The notes below the pieces were generated by a model that saw nothing but the letters and a program-made list of their open reading frames with translations, made no database searches and had not been told where the DNA came from. Positions 55,556 to 64,000 of a stretch of DNA of 64,000 nucleotides are shown in pieces. Location: IMG/VR virus record IMGVR_UViG_2690316311_000019; one strand, written 5' to 3'. The translations under genes and the position numbers were made by a program. Origin of the DNA: a virus (Duplodnaviria > Heunggongvirae > Uroviricota > Caudoviricetes). How positions within the stretch are numbered: the stretch's first letter is position 1; the number at the start of each line of letters is the position of its first letter.

Positions 55556-55876
55556 TCAATACAAGAGTTGGTTGACTGTTTCATCACTAAAACCCTCTTC
55601 ATCGTCATCATCATCCTCATCGCCACCATCTACTGCTGGCCAATCAACAAACCAGCCAGCGTAAAGATGCAGCGTTCGGAGAACATCACTTGCGGGAGCA
55701 TCAAGGGTGTTAACGAATCCCATATAGCTATTGGGATTTGCCCCAGCTATGGCTTCAGCGATCATGTCCTCGGTAATGTCACCGGAGATAATGCTTAAAC
55801 GCCCGGAAACTTCTTCATTATCATCAAATTCGATAATGGCATCTCCACCTAATGGCGCTGCGATTTTAATCTGCAT
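55556..55876 (-). CDS. Small acidic protein at the 3' end of the dar operon
   Basis: 106-aa ORF with DGGDEDDDDDEEG tract. Confidence 0.5.
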   Translation of the reverse strand: MQIKIAAPLGGDAIIEFDDNEEVSGRLSIISGDITEDMIAEAIAGANPNSYMGFVNTLDAPASDVLRTLHLYAGWFVDWPAVDGGDEDDDDDEEGFSDETVNQLLY

Positions 55877-58853
55877 TATTTAGCTCCTTTGCCACACCTA
55901 ATAACAGTTCCAGCAATCCGTCACCATTCATCAGTGATGCGGCAGCGGCCTCTTTGTCATGATACAACTGAAGAGCCATAGAGAATACTTCCGTTGCTGA
56001 CGTTTTGGAAATAGTCGGTGATTTCTGCCGAATTTTCCCGGTGTTACTTACTGAGGCTGGCGGGTATACCTTCGCCATATAAATATTACTCAATCGAGAT
56101 CTGAAGCACCATTCAGGCTTGCCACGCCCACCGATATTGACGAAAGATGGCTTATCCCCTTCAACATTGGCCTTCAGGAATGACCGGGCTTTCTCTAACA
56201 AACCTGGGTTACTGTACTCAAGATGATGACCCAGCTCGTGCCACAGTGCACTTGCATTTTCATCGTTCAAATTGACAGCAACAACACCATTAAGATTTGC
56301 ATATGCCCTTCCCTGGTGGTGAACCACCTTTGATAAGGTCGAAATTTTACCGCCGGTCAGGCGATAAATATCAGCAAGTTCCTTGCGCAGGTCTATCCCA
56401 CCATTCTGTCCAGCGCGGGCTTCTTCCACTTCTTCCGTGATAAAAGAGTCGGCCCACTCAAGAGCTTTTTCTTCAGATACGGATGAGTTGGCGATCGCAC
56501 TGTTCATGGCGGATAACACTTTCTCGTGGACCGAACCCATACTTCGCTGATTCATTTGCCAGCGTGTCTGCGGGTTATATGAGAATCGCTTAAGTAGTTG
56601 GTCAAGATGCTCAAGTTCTTCTTCGCTGACATACTTTTTAGCCTCACCAATAATGCCGGGGAGAATATTGCCGTTAGGATTAAACGCTCGCGAAAGGAAG
56701 TGTTTCAGCGCCCCCATGCCCTCCGATGCTTCAATATCACCAATAACCCGGTTAACAATGGCCGCACTCTTCGGATTAGCATCCGCCAACGCTCTGACTA
56801 CAATTTGCAGGGACGATACGACCTCACGCTGCATATCCGTCCTGATCTCATCAATAAACTCTGGCGTTATGCCGTGCTCTTTAAGGATATCCCTGCCTTC
56901 CGCCGTTACCCCATCGATATCACCGACATGTTTATTAACCCGACTTTGCAATGCCTTAAATGCCTTCAGAATTCCACGGGCATCATCCGCTTTACTAACG
57001 GCCTTCCTGAATGCTGGCAAGAAGTCTGAGTTAACCTCATTTTGTTGATCGGCCCACTGAATGGAGGCTTCTTTCATCTCGTCCAGAGTCAGATCACCCA
57101 ACGCGGTATGGTCTGTGAATATGAGCGATAACCTCTGAACCATTTCTGCCAATGGTGATGCCGAATGCGCCGCGCTAAGGAATGCTTTCACCCTGGTTGG
57201 GCGAATGGAAAACCAGTCAATAGCTGGTGGCATATCTCCGTTTTTTATCGCCTGCGCTATCTCGTCAAAGCCATCGCGCCCAAGGGAGGATGCGTGATTT
57301 AACAAGCCGCGAAGTAACGAATTGCTGATACCGAATAATCGGCACCATTTTTTCACGTCGGCAACAGGCATTCGAACAAAATGCGCAAGCACTTGAACAA
57401 GCTGTTCATCCTGGGGATCTGTACGGGAAAGCAGCCTGATCAGATGAATAATGTCTTTGATGCCGGATGCCCGATGTAATAGCAAACTGGTATACGGAGC
57501 AACACCGTTGTAACTACCGCCGGAAACGGACTCGAAAAGACCGCCGGATATCCCTTGCATGCCTTCGTTTTCCAGTTCCTGAGACACCTGGCGAAGGATA
57601 TCCTGTAACGACACATCGCCGCCGCCAAACATATCCCCCAGCGCCTGGCCCTGGTGCTGTAACTCATCATTGATACGTTGCGCCATCAACTTAAAGGCGG
57701 TGGCCATACGCTTCGCGCTACGGTTATTCGCGACGATGAACAACGCGAGTGCTTTCACTTCCGGGGCCGTTTCGCTGAACATATCCCCCTGAGCAATAAC
57801 ATCGGTAATATGCTGGCCTGACTCCTTCGATTGCCTTACCAGGTCTACCGCATCTTTCAATGCCGCCAGCGCCTTTTTATCGAGGCTATCCGCTGTCTCA
57901 ATGCCATCAACAATAGTTGTCACAGCCTGCTTGTGCGCTTCTCCTGATAAAGCCTGCATCTGGACAAAATCATTGGCTGCCGCATTAAGCGCCGTCAGAA
58001 CATTACGCATATCCGGATCAGGTTCTTCTGCAACCATCCTTACCAGGCGCGCATCCTTATATGCCTTGGCAAAGATCGCGTTTTGTATACGGTCTACAAG
58101 TTGCCGTGTTGGTCGCCCATCTTCAGTTACAAGGCCAGCCGCCTGTGTGGCACCAACTTGCGTCATAAATCCGCGAATAAACGCGTCATTACTGCGGCTA
58201 AGCAGATCTCCGCTTTCTGACGGGTTAAAAAGCGCCATCATCGCCGGTGTTATGCTGTCGGCATCAACAAAAGCCTTTTCACTGGCTGCCATTTCCTGAA
58301 GATCAGAAATATTTGAGTCCTTGGCAAACTGAACGCGGTCAACCTTAGTTAACCGGCGGCGCACCAGTACCGGAGCCGTCATTGATTCAACCTTTTCAGG
58401 TCGTATGCCGAATTCGGTCGCATGATCAATCAGGTACTCACGATACCGATCCGCATTGCCGTCCTGATAGGCTTTGATGATCCCCATGGTCCGTCCATTA
58501 CCTGACTCAACGGCATTGTCCTCACCAATTATCGGCGCACCATGGCTGGATAAACCGGAATCAGTAAGCTGAGCAGGCCGCAAATCTTTGGATATCTGGT
58601 TAACCTGAAGAAGGCTGGATGCGCGGGTCCGGTCGCGCGGCTGAAGTTCCTGGGGATAGTCAGGATTAATTTTCCCATCCAGAGTATTGGATACCAAAAG
58701 AGCTGAGGCATCGACGATATCAAACGCTGTTTTTACCTCGTCTCCCTTCGCTGTCACCACATACGAAACCCGCCCATAATCGGGCAGGTTCTTTAGCAGC
58801 TCGATCAGCGTTTCTATGCTGGTGGCCATTACCACCTGATCGCTTAAGCTCAT
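55866..58853 (-). CDS. ddrB: DdrB-like large protein with HExxH zincin-type motif
   Basis: 995 aa; WHELGHH motif; downstream of darA and ddrA. Confidence 0.7.
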   Translation of the reverse strand: MSLSDQVVMATSIETLIELLKNLPDYGRVSYVVTAKGDEVKTAFDIVDASALLVSNTLDGKINPDYPQELQPRDRTRASSLLQVNQISKDLRPAQLTDSGLSSHGAPIIGEDNAVESGNGRTMGIIKAYQDGNADRYREYLIDHATEFGIRPEKVESMTAPVLVRRRLTKVDRVQFAKDSNISDLQEMAASEKAFVDADSITPAMMALFNPSESGDLLSRSNDAFIRGFMTQVGATQAAGLVTEDGRPTRQLVDRIQNAIFAKAYKDARLVRMVAEEPDPDMRNVLTALNAAANDFVQMQALSGEAHKQAVTTIVDGIETADSLDKKALAALKDAVDLVRQSKESGQHITDVIAQGDMFSETAPEVKALALFIVANNRSAKRMATAFKLMAQRINDELQHQGQALGDMFGGGDVSLQDILRQVSQELENEGMQGISGGLFESVSGGSYNGVAPYTSLLLHRASGIKDIIHLIRLLSRTDPQDEQLVQVLAHFVRMPVADVKKWCRLFGISNSLLRGLLNHASSLGRDGFDEIAQAIKNGDMPPAIDWFSIRPTRVKAFLSAAHSASPLAEMVQRLSLIFTDHTALGDLTLDEMKEASIQWADQQNEVNSDFLPAFRKAVSKADDARGILKAFKALQSRVNKHVGDIDGVTAEGRDILKEHGITPEFIDEIRTDMQREVVSSLQIVVRALADANPKSAAIVNRVIGDIEASEGMGALKHFLSRAFNPNGNILPGIIGEAKKYVSEEELEHLDQLLKRFSYNPQTRWQMNQRSMGSVHEKVLSAMNSAIANSSVSEEKALEWADSFITEEVEEARAGQNGGIDLRKELADIYRLTGGKISTLSKVVHHQGRAYANLNGVVAVNLNDENASALWHELGHHLEYSNPGLLEKARSFLKANVEGDKPSFVNIGGRGKPEWCFRSRLSNIYMAKVYPPASVSNTGKIRQKSPTISKTSATEVFSMALQLYHDKEAAAASLMNGDGLLELLLGVAKELNNAD

Positions 58854-58865
58854 CCCTGTTACGCC

Positions 58866-59231
58866 TTATGCTGCCTCTTTAATGTTGGCGGCTATCCATG
58901 CCGCCGTGTGCTGTTTAACCTGGTCCAGGTCGATGTATGTGCCAACATATTGACTCAAATCCTGCAAGGTACCGATAAATGCATCGGTGCTCTGATCGAC
59001 GAATTTATCAGCCAGGAAATCAGCAACCAGTTTTGGCACACCATCATGTACCGAAGGTTGTTTTTCCTCGCCACTACTGCCGCCGGACACACCGTACCCC
59101 ATCTGTTGCATGATCTGGTCAATTTCATCGCTGATATCCAGCAACTCCATGCCACTCGCGGTAGCCGCTTTGGACATCAGAGCATCCAACTTATCGCTGA
59201 GATCCATTAACTCAATAGCTGATAGTGTCAT
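58866..59231 (-). CDS. ddrA: DdrA-like protein
   Basis: 121-aa ORF coupled to darA. Confidence 0.6.
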   Translation of the reverse strand: MTLSAIELMDLSDKLDALMSKAATASGMELLDISDEIDQIMQQMGYGVSGGSSGEEKQPSVHDGVPKLVADFLADKFVDQSTDAFIGTLQDLSQYVGTYIDLDQVKQHTAAWIAANIKEAA

Positions 59232-61147
59232 GCCGCTACCCCCGCTTTCTGGATTGCTACCAGCAGATCAGCCAGGTGGCGAGCAGCGCCATTAACCAGC
59301 TCTTCGTTTTCCTCAAAACGTCCGGCAGCCTGAAGGGCTGCAATCGCTTCCCGGACATTGCCCCGGGCGTTACGGATCTCCGCCATGTCAGTGCTTTGCA
59401 TATCCATCACGTTATTGAGATATTCAATGGCTTTATTAGCCTCTGCATCTGCTTCGCTAACCGTTTCATCAGGCTGTGCCGGGGCCGGTTCTGGCTGAGT
59501 AATCTCACCGACTTCGGCCTGCAATGCATTGATCATGCTCTGCACCATTTTCTCGGTGCCAGCGCCCCCCGGAAACGCAATATTGGGGAAAGTTTTTTGA
59601 AACTGAGTCTTCAGCATTACGCGGAACTCGTCTGGTGAGCTGGTGGCCAGCTCCAGAGCTTTTTGTGCATATTTGCCAAACGGACCATTAGTAAGTGTCT
59701 TCGCCAGGAAGTCGAAAGAATCCTCGCGAGGCAATAACTTCAGGTCGTACTCACTCATTTGCTGATCAGAAAGCGGGGTATCGTAAGTAGCAATGCCGTA
59801 GCGTGCATATTCATAATACGGGTCACCTTCATCAGGGCGCGGCAGAATTGCTTTGTTACCTTCAGGTATTGCGCCAGGGGCCGCCGGACGCATTTGCAGG
59901 GCATATCGATATGCACCTACAGAGACTTCTGGTTCAGGCGAAGAGCTACCGGTATCCTCCGCTGGTTCAGGTTCGACGTTTTCCGGTTTATGTTCTTCTG
60001 GTTGGACCAGGTATTCCGATACATTACCCGCTTTATAGGCTTTAAACAGCTTGCCGATCGCATCTGCCATGTCCACACCCTGTATGGATTTAGCCTTGAT
60101 CATGTATACGCTGCCATCCGGATCGGTTAACTGGATATACCCTTCGCCATCCCCAATGAATTGCTTCATTGATGCACCATTACTGAGCGTCGCTTCCCCG
60201 TCCATATGCATACGATTTTTGATACTGGCAAGGCGATCCGTCAGCGCGCGAGAGTGCCCACCAGTCATCCCCGCAGGAGCAATGGTATCGCGCCCACCAG
60301 TGCGATTGAGCTGATCAATCTCCGCCTGCAAACGCTCATTTTCTTGATAAAGAGAATCCGCTTCCGAAGCAACCACGTTAATTTTCTGCTCCAGATCTGC
60401 CTTCTGGCCTTCTACCGCTGCCACCTGATCCGCGAGGTCGCTCATGGCATCCTCTTTCTGGTCACTGTCAGCCTGTAGTTGGGTTATTTCATCAACCAGG
60501 GCTTTTTTCTTCTTCTGCGCACGCTGGAATTTTGCCGAGTTTTTCTCTGCAAGGTTGGCAAGTTTCATGGTGACCTGCGCCAGCGTCATATCACGTCCAC
60601 TCATCGGAGCAACGGTATGAGTAACGTCTTTTTTATTCAGTAAGAACTGGAAAGCAATCAGCGTATCGCTATTGGTGATCCGGTTTTCCGCTGTCGGGCT
60701 ATGAAACAGAATGCTGATAGTCTGACCATCACTGAGCGGAATAATGGCTGGCAGAACCGGCAGCCCGTTAACGTTACGCGCCCGGCCAATTTCAGCCCCG
60801 CCGATCGCGCGTGCACCGTTCTGGGCCACGTCCCCCGTTTTATCACTCCCCGCAGAGATTCCGGTACCATTCAGCTTCTGGTTCAATGCCCGGACAAATG
60901 CCTGCATGGTCCGGTGTAGCTGCAAACGAGTAGAACTAATCGCCTCCAGTAAATCCGTAGCACACCAGTGGATCGGCGTGTCATAGAAGAACGTAGCCTC
61001 GATTTCCTCCAGGGTGTTGGATTCCGTCATCAGATAGCGGTCCTCACCGGCCATTAATGCGCGATATTCATCATCAGTCACTGGCGGGGGAAGCACGTCA
61101 AGCCCAGGCTTGATCGCCACCCCTTTATTGATATTGAACTGTTCCAT
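59228..61147 (-). CDS. darA: DarA antirestriction/head internal protein
   Basis: 639 aa, matches P1 DarA length; synteny. Confidence 0.8.
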   Translation of the reverse strand: MEQFNINKGVAIKPGLDVLPPPVTDDEYRALMAGEDRYLMTESNTLEEIEATFFYDTPIHWCATDLLEAISSTRLQLHRTMQAFVRALNQKLNGTGISAGSDKTGDVAQNGARAIGGAEIGRARNVNGLPVLPAIIPLSDGQTISILFHSPTAENRITNSDTLIAFQFLLNKKDVTHTVAPMSGRDMTLAQVTMKLANLAEKNSAKFQRAQKKKKALVDEITQLQADSDQKEDAMSDLADQVAAVEGQKADLEQKINVVASEADSLYQENERLQAEIDQLNRTGGRDTIAPAGMTGGHSRALTDRLASIKNRMHMDGEATLSNGASMKQFIGDGEGYIQLTDPDGSVYMIKAKSIQGVDMADAIGKLFKAYKAGNVSEYLVQPEEHKPENVEPEPAEDTGSSSPEPEVSVGAYRYALQMRPAAPGAIPEGNKAILPRPDEGDPYYEYARYGIATYDTPLSDQQMSEYDLKLLPREDSFDFLAKTLTNGPFGKYAQKALELATSSPDEFRVMLKTQFQKTFPNIAFPGGAGTEKMVQSMINALQAEVGEITQPEPAPAQPDETVSEADAEANKAIEYLNNVMDMQSTDMAEIRNARGNVREAIAALQAAGRFEENEELVNGAARHLADLLVAIQKAGVAA

Positions 61148-61148
61148 G

Positions 61149-61760
61149 TTAATTTCCTGCTTTCAGTTGCTTAAGACGGCGTTTGAGTTCGCCATTTCGG
61201 GCCTTTTCGTTATTGAGTCGGCCTGTCTCCTTATCCAGCTTCGCCCGCAAATCAGTGATCTGCTGTTGATTGAAAGACACCGAGTTCTGCGCTGATTTAT
61301 AAGCGGCAACCACCTGAGCATTCCGCTGTTTTGCCTCTTGCAGGCGCTGAAAGTTGGATTTTACTGCCGGTTTCTTGTCTACCGGATTGGCAACACGTTT
61401 CGCTTTGGCGATCAGTGATTTCTGGAATTTTGCGGAGTTTTTGCGGGCCGCTTGCCCCATGACGGTACCAAGCGTCTTGATATCCGGCGACTGAGCGTTA
61501 GGAATAGCTTTTCCATTCAGCCTCACAGACGATATATCGCCAGTATCGTTTACCTGTATGGCAAGAATTTGTCCGTCGTTAAGAACCAGCTTTGCGGTTT
61601 TAACTTTAACGCCATCTTTCGTTGTTGCGCGGTTGCTGGAGTCAACCTCAATTACCGTAACACCGGTTTTATTGATCGCCGCGATAAGGGATTTCAGCCC
61701 CTTTTCATTAACCTGGTCAAAATCGACCGTTGCATACTTATTTTTCGTCATCTGACACAT
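61149..61760 (-). CDS. hdf: Hdf
   Basis: 203-aa ORF upstream of darA. Confidence 0.65.
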   Translation of the reverse strand: MCQMTKNKYATVDFDQVNEKGLKSLIAAINKTGVTVIEVDSSNRATTKDGVKVKTAKLVLNDGQILAIQVNDTGDISSVRLNGKAIPNAQSPDIKTLGTVMGQAARKNSAKFQKSLIAKAKRVANPVDKKPAVKSNFQRLQEAKQRNAQVVAAYKSAQNSVSFNQQQITDLRAKLDKETGRLNNEKARNGELKRRLKQLKAGN

Positions 61761-62181
61761 CCTGTGCGAGATTTATTACGTAACTTCTGCGGATTTGCTG
61801 AGTAACAGGGAAAATCCGATACAACGGGTTAATGAACGAGTCGCCATGCGTAACCATGACGTTGAAATGCCACAGCCGTTCTCCTTTACCCATATATTCA
61901 GTGGGTATGTACAACCATTCACTGTTTTCGCCCTGTTCAGCCGACGTCAGACAACGTTGTTCGCCTTCAATCACTGTCGTTGGCTTCTGAACATCGCGGA
62001 TCCAATATCTGACCGTTGCGCCGCGCAAAAACGGGAATTTAGACCGGTATTTGAACGGCACCCGGATGAAACCCGGTTTAATTTCCACATCACCAAGTTC
62101 TAAATGCGTGATGTCCTTGCGTTTTAGCAAATAGCGATCGGCTAAGGCTAACGCAAGAGCGCATACACCCCAGCCAATCAT
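61738..62181 (-). CDS. lydB: LydB (antiholin-like)
   Basis: 147-aa ORF overlapping lydA. Confidence 0.6.
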   Translation of the reverse strand: MIGWGVCALALALADRYLLKRKDITHLELGDVEIKPGFIRVPFKYRSKFPFLRGATVRYWIRDVQKPTTVIEGEQRCLTSAEQGENSEWLYIPTEYMGKGERLWHFNVMVTHGDSFINPLYRIFPVTQQIRRSYVINLAQDVSDDEK

Positions 62182-62507
62182 TTCCCACCTCCCTTTTTCA
62201 CCAAACTTGTAAGAACATTCAGAATGCTATCGATATTCACTCGTTTCATCCCTGAAATCACCTCATGACCGTTATTGCTGGCTATCGTTACCATTAAGTA
62301 CGTAATTGATAACTCCCAGCCCTCGTGTTGCCCCAATAGGTACGCCACCGCGCCAGCTGTCACTGCAACAAAGATCTCCGTAACCAATCCCAACAAATTG
62401 CCAGACTGGCGACCGTCTCGGACATCCATCAGGAACGTGCCTATCCCACCAATTACTGAAAGCAGGAGCGCAATAGCAACTGGAGCTAATTCCTGTGTGT
62501 CAAGCAC
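62178..62507 (-). CDS. lydA: Holin LydA
   Basis: 109 aa with hydrophobic TM segments. Confidence 0.7.
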   Translation of the reverse strand: MLDTQELAPVAIALLLSVIGGIGTFLMDVRDGRQSGNLLGLVTEIFVAVTAGAVAYLLGQHEGWELSITYLMVTIASNNGHEVISGMKRVNIDSILNVLTSLVKKGGGK

Positions 62508-63331
62508 AAGTTCCCTCCTACGTTGTCAGGAGGTAATGGTATGCAAAGTAACTTCTCAACCGGTCATGCAAAGACAACAAGCGGAAAAAGAAAAGCAAAG
62601 CCTGCTACAGCTCGTCAGGGATAAAACTCAGCTCTGGGACTCACAGTTACGGCTAGGCATTATTTCCGTTCAGGGTAAACAAAAATTAACCGAGTGGATT
62701 CTCTATGCGCAGAAAGTCGAATCCACGGATACCTCCATCCTTCCAGTAACGTTTCCCGAAAAGCCGGAATGAGGAAAGGCCCGGAATCGGGCCTTAATTA
62801 ATATCTATAAGCTCAACAAATAAGAGCTAACAATTTTGTTAATTTCCTCTGGAAATAATGCATTGTGCTTATATATACCTGAAGCTATATTAAAGAGCGT
62901 CATGTAAAAAATAAACCAATCAATTAAATCTATTTTCAACAAACAAGTCAAAATTTTTAACAGATATGTATAGAAATGGCAAGCCATAAATTAATAATGA
63001 CATCCTTAATAAGTCTAAAGAAACACTAAATAGATAAAATATAAATTATTACATCCAAAAATATAGAAAGTGTTGGCAATCTTGCAACTCATTATCAATA
63101 CAATATTGACATCCCTTTAGCGCTCAGTTTAAAATTAACATTTGTGTTTACATTGTGCGTTGATTTAGTTTAGCAGGAACGCAGTAACACACTGATGATT
63201 ATTGTTTTAATTATAATGTCAATATATAAACATAGAAACCAAAAAATATAGGCAGTTGCAATATGTTATGTTACTTAATAGCTATTCACTTTGTCATCTT
63301 CGGGAATTCAAAAGCTCTATTGAGCTACTGG

Positions 63332-63835
63332 ATGGCTGAAATCATCAGGCGTGAAAAAATGGATGTTTGGCGACTATTAAGAGAGAAGAAGCAGCGCAAT
63401 CGGAATTTCCTTTTCTGGTGGAGACTGGCTAATGAAATGTATATTAATGGCAATAAATTACATAAGAAAGCAGCCAGAAAGTTAAACAATAATATAATTA
63501 ACAGATTTGGTTGCGAAATTGGATTGGGCGCAAATATTGGAAAAGGTTTAACAATTCCCCATCATACTGGAATTGTTGTTCATTTTGCTGTTGATGCTGG
63601 TGAAAATCTGGTTTTGCGACAGAATACTACCATTGGACAGGTAGATGGTGACATGCCTGGTTCAAGAGTAAAAATTGGTAATAACGTTGATATCGGAGCT
63701 AATTGTTGCATCATTGGATTATCACGTAAAATTGGGGATAATGTAAAAATAGGTGCAATGTCTTTTATAAATAAAGATATACCATCGAACTGCACATATA
63801 TAACAAAAAAGAGCGGTGTTGTATTGTATAAATAG
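63332..63835 (+). CDS. Hexapeptide-repeat acyltransferase (CysE/LacA-like left-handed beta-helix); start uncertain (track 63263)
   Basis: Repeated [LIV]G-x-x-x-x motifs (IGNNVDIGANCCIIG, IGDNVKIGAMSFI); AT-rich. Confidence 0.7.
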   Translation: MAEIIRREKMDVWRLLREKKQRNRNFLFWWRLANEMYINGNKLHKKAARKLNNNIINRFGCEIGLGANIGKGLTIPHHTGIVVHFAVDAGENLVLRQNTTIGQVDGDMPGSRVKIGNNVDIGANCCIIGLSRKIGDNVKIGAMSFINKDIPSNCTYITKKSGVVLYK

Positions 63836-63843
63836 AGTACATG

Positions 63844-63880
63844 AAGCCATCAATATTTCTATCGATGGCTTTATCCTTTT
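63844..63880 (+). terminator. Rho-independent terminator after acyltransferase gene
   Basis: aagccatc...gatggctt hairpin followed by T-rich run. Confidence 0.65.
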
Positions 63881-64000
63881 ATTGCGGGGCGACTGGCCAC
63901 TCAACATCCGATGCTACTGTTGTATCAACACGATTCAACAATACCCGATATGTCTTCCATGCAGTCAGTAACGATGCCTCTTCCTCCGTCGCAATATCCA
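63879..64000 (-). CDS. 3' end of a leftward gene whose start lies beyond the window
   Basis: Open minus-strand frame from window edge to TAA at 63879-63881. Confidence 0.4.
   Translation of the reverse strand, partial: DIATEEEASLLTAWKTYRVLLNRVDTTVASDVEWPVAPQ

Noticed and set aside
62275-62772. 165-aa plus-strand ORF overlapping lydA
   Set aside because: Mostly antisense to the lydA holin gene; only a short 3' portion beyond lydA could code, and its start is ambiguous.

Overview
This 64-kb window reads as a segment of a P1-like temperate phage-plasmid of Enterobacteriaceae, identified by near-canonical Cre, a perfect 34-bp loxP site, the C1 repressor with about 14 copies of its 17-bp operator (ATTGCTCTAATAAATTT), and P1-type genes in P1 order. 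Gene order, left to right: dmt (fused C5/N6 DNA methyltransferase), a tRNA cluster, upl/plp, tRNA-Ile(CAU), ban, a leftward structural block, a long rightward run of small accessory genes (including ppp), a LexA-box-controlled humD, phd-doc, pdcAB, lpa, pacA (with pac site) and pacB, c1-coi, loxP-cre-cra-ref-mat, then leftward lxc-ulx-darB, then prt-pro, lyz, ssb, and the leftward lydA-lydB-hdf-darA-ddrA-ddrB antirestriction/lysis operon. Gene names are assigned by synteny and recalled P1 protein features, not by database search. The most notable observations are: (1) an AT-rich single gene for a PIN-like protein sitting where P1 carries its type III restriction-modification genes, a candidate undescribed defence or exclusion system; (2) an intein with a LAGLIDADG homing endonuclease inserted exactly at the catalytic Pro-Cys motif of dmt; (3) homopolymer-tract frameshifts splitting darB and an antirepressor-like gene; (4) a fourth, Tyr-like tRNA plus three copies of a structured repeat next to the tRNA cluster; (5) AT-rich cargo islands, one carrying a hexapeptide acyltransferase. 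No CRISPR array, rRNA or IS element was seen.
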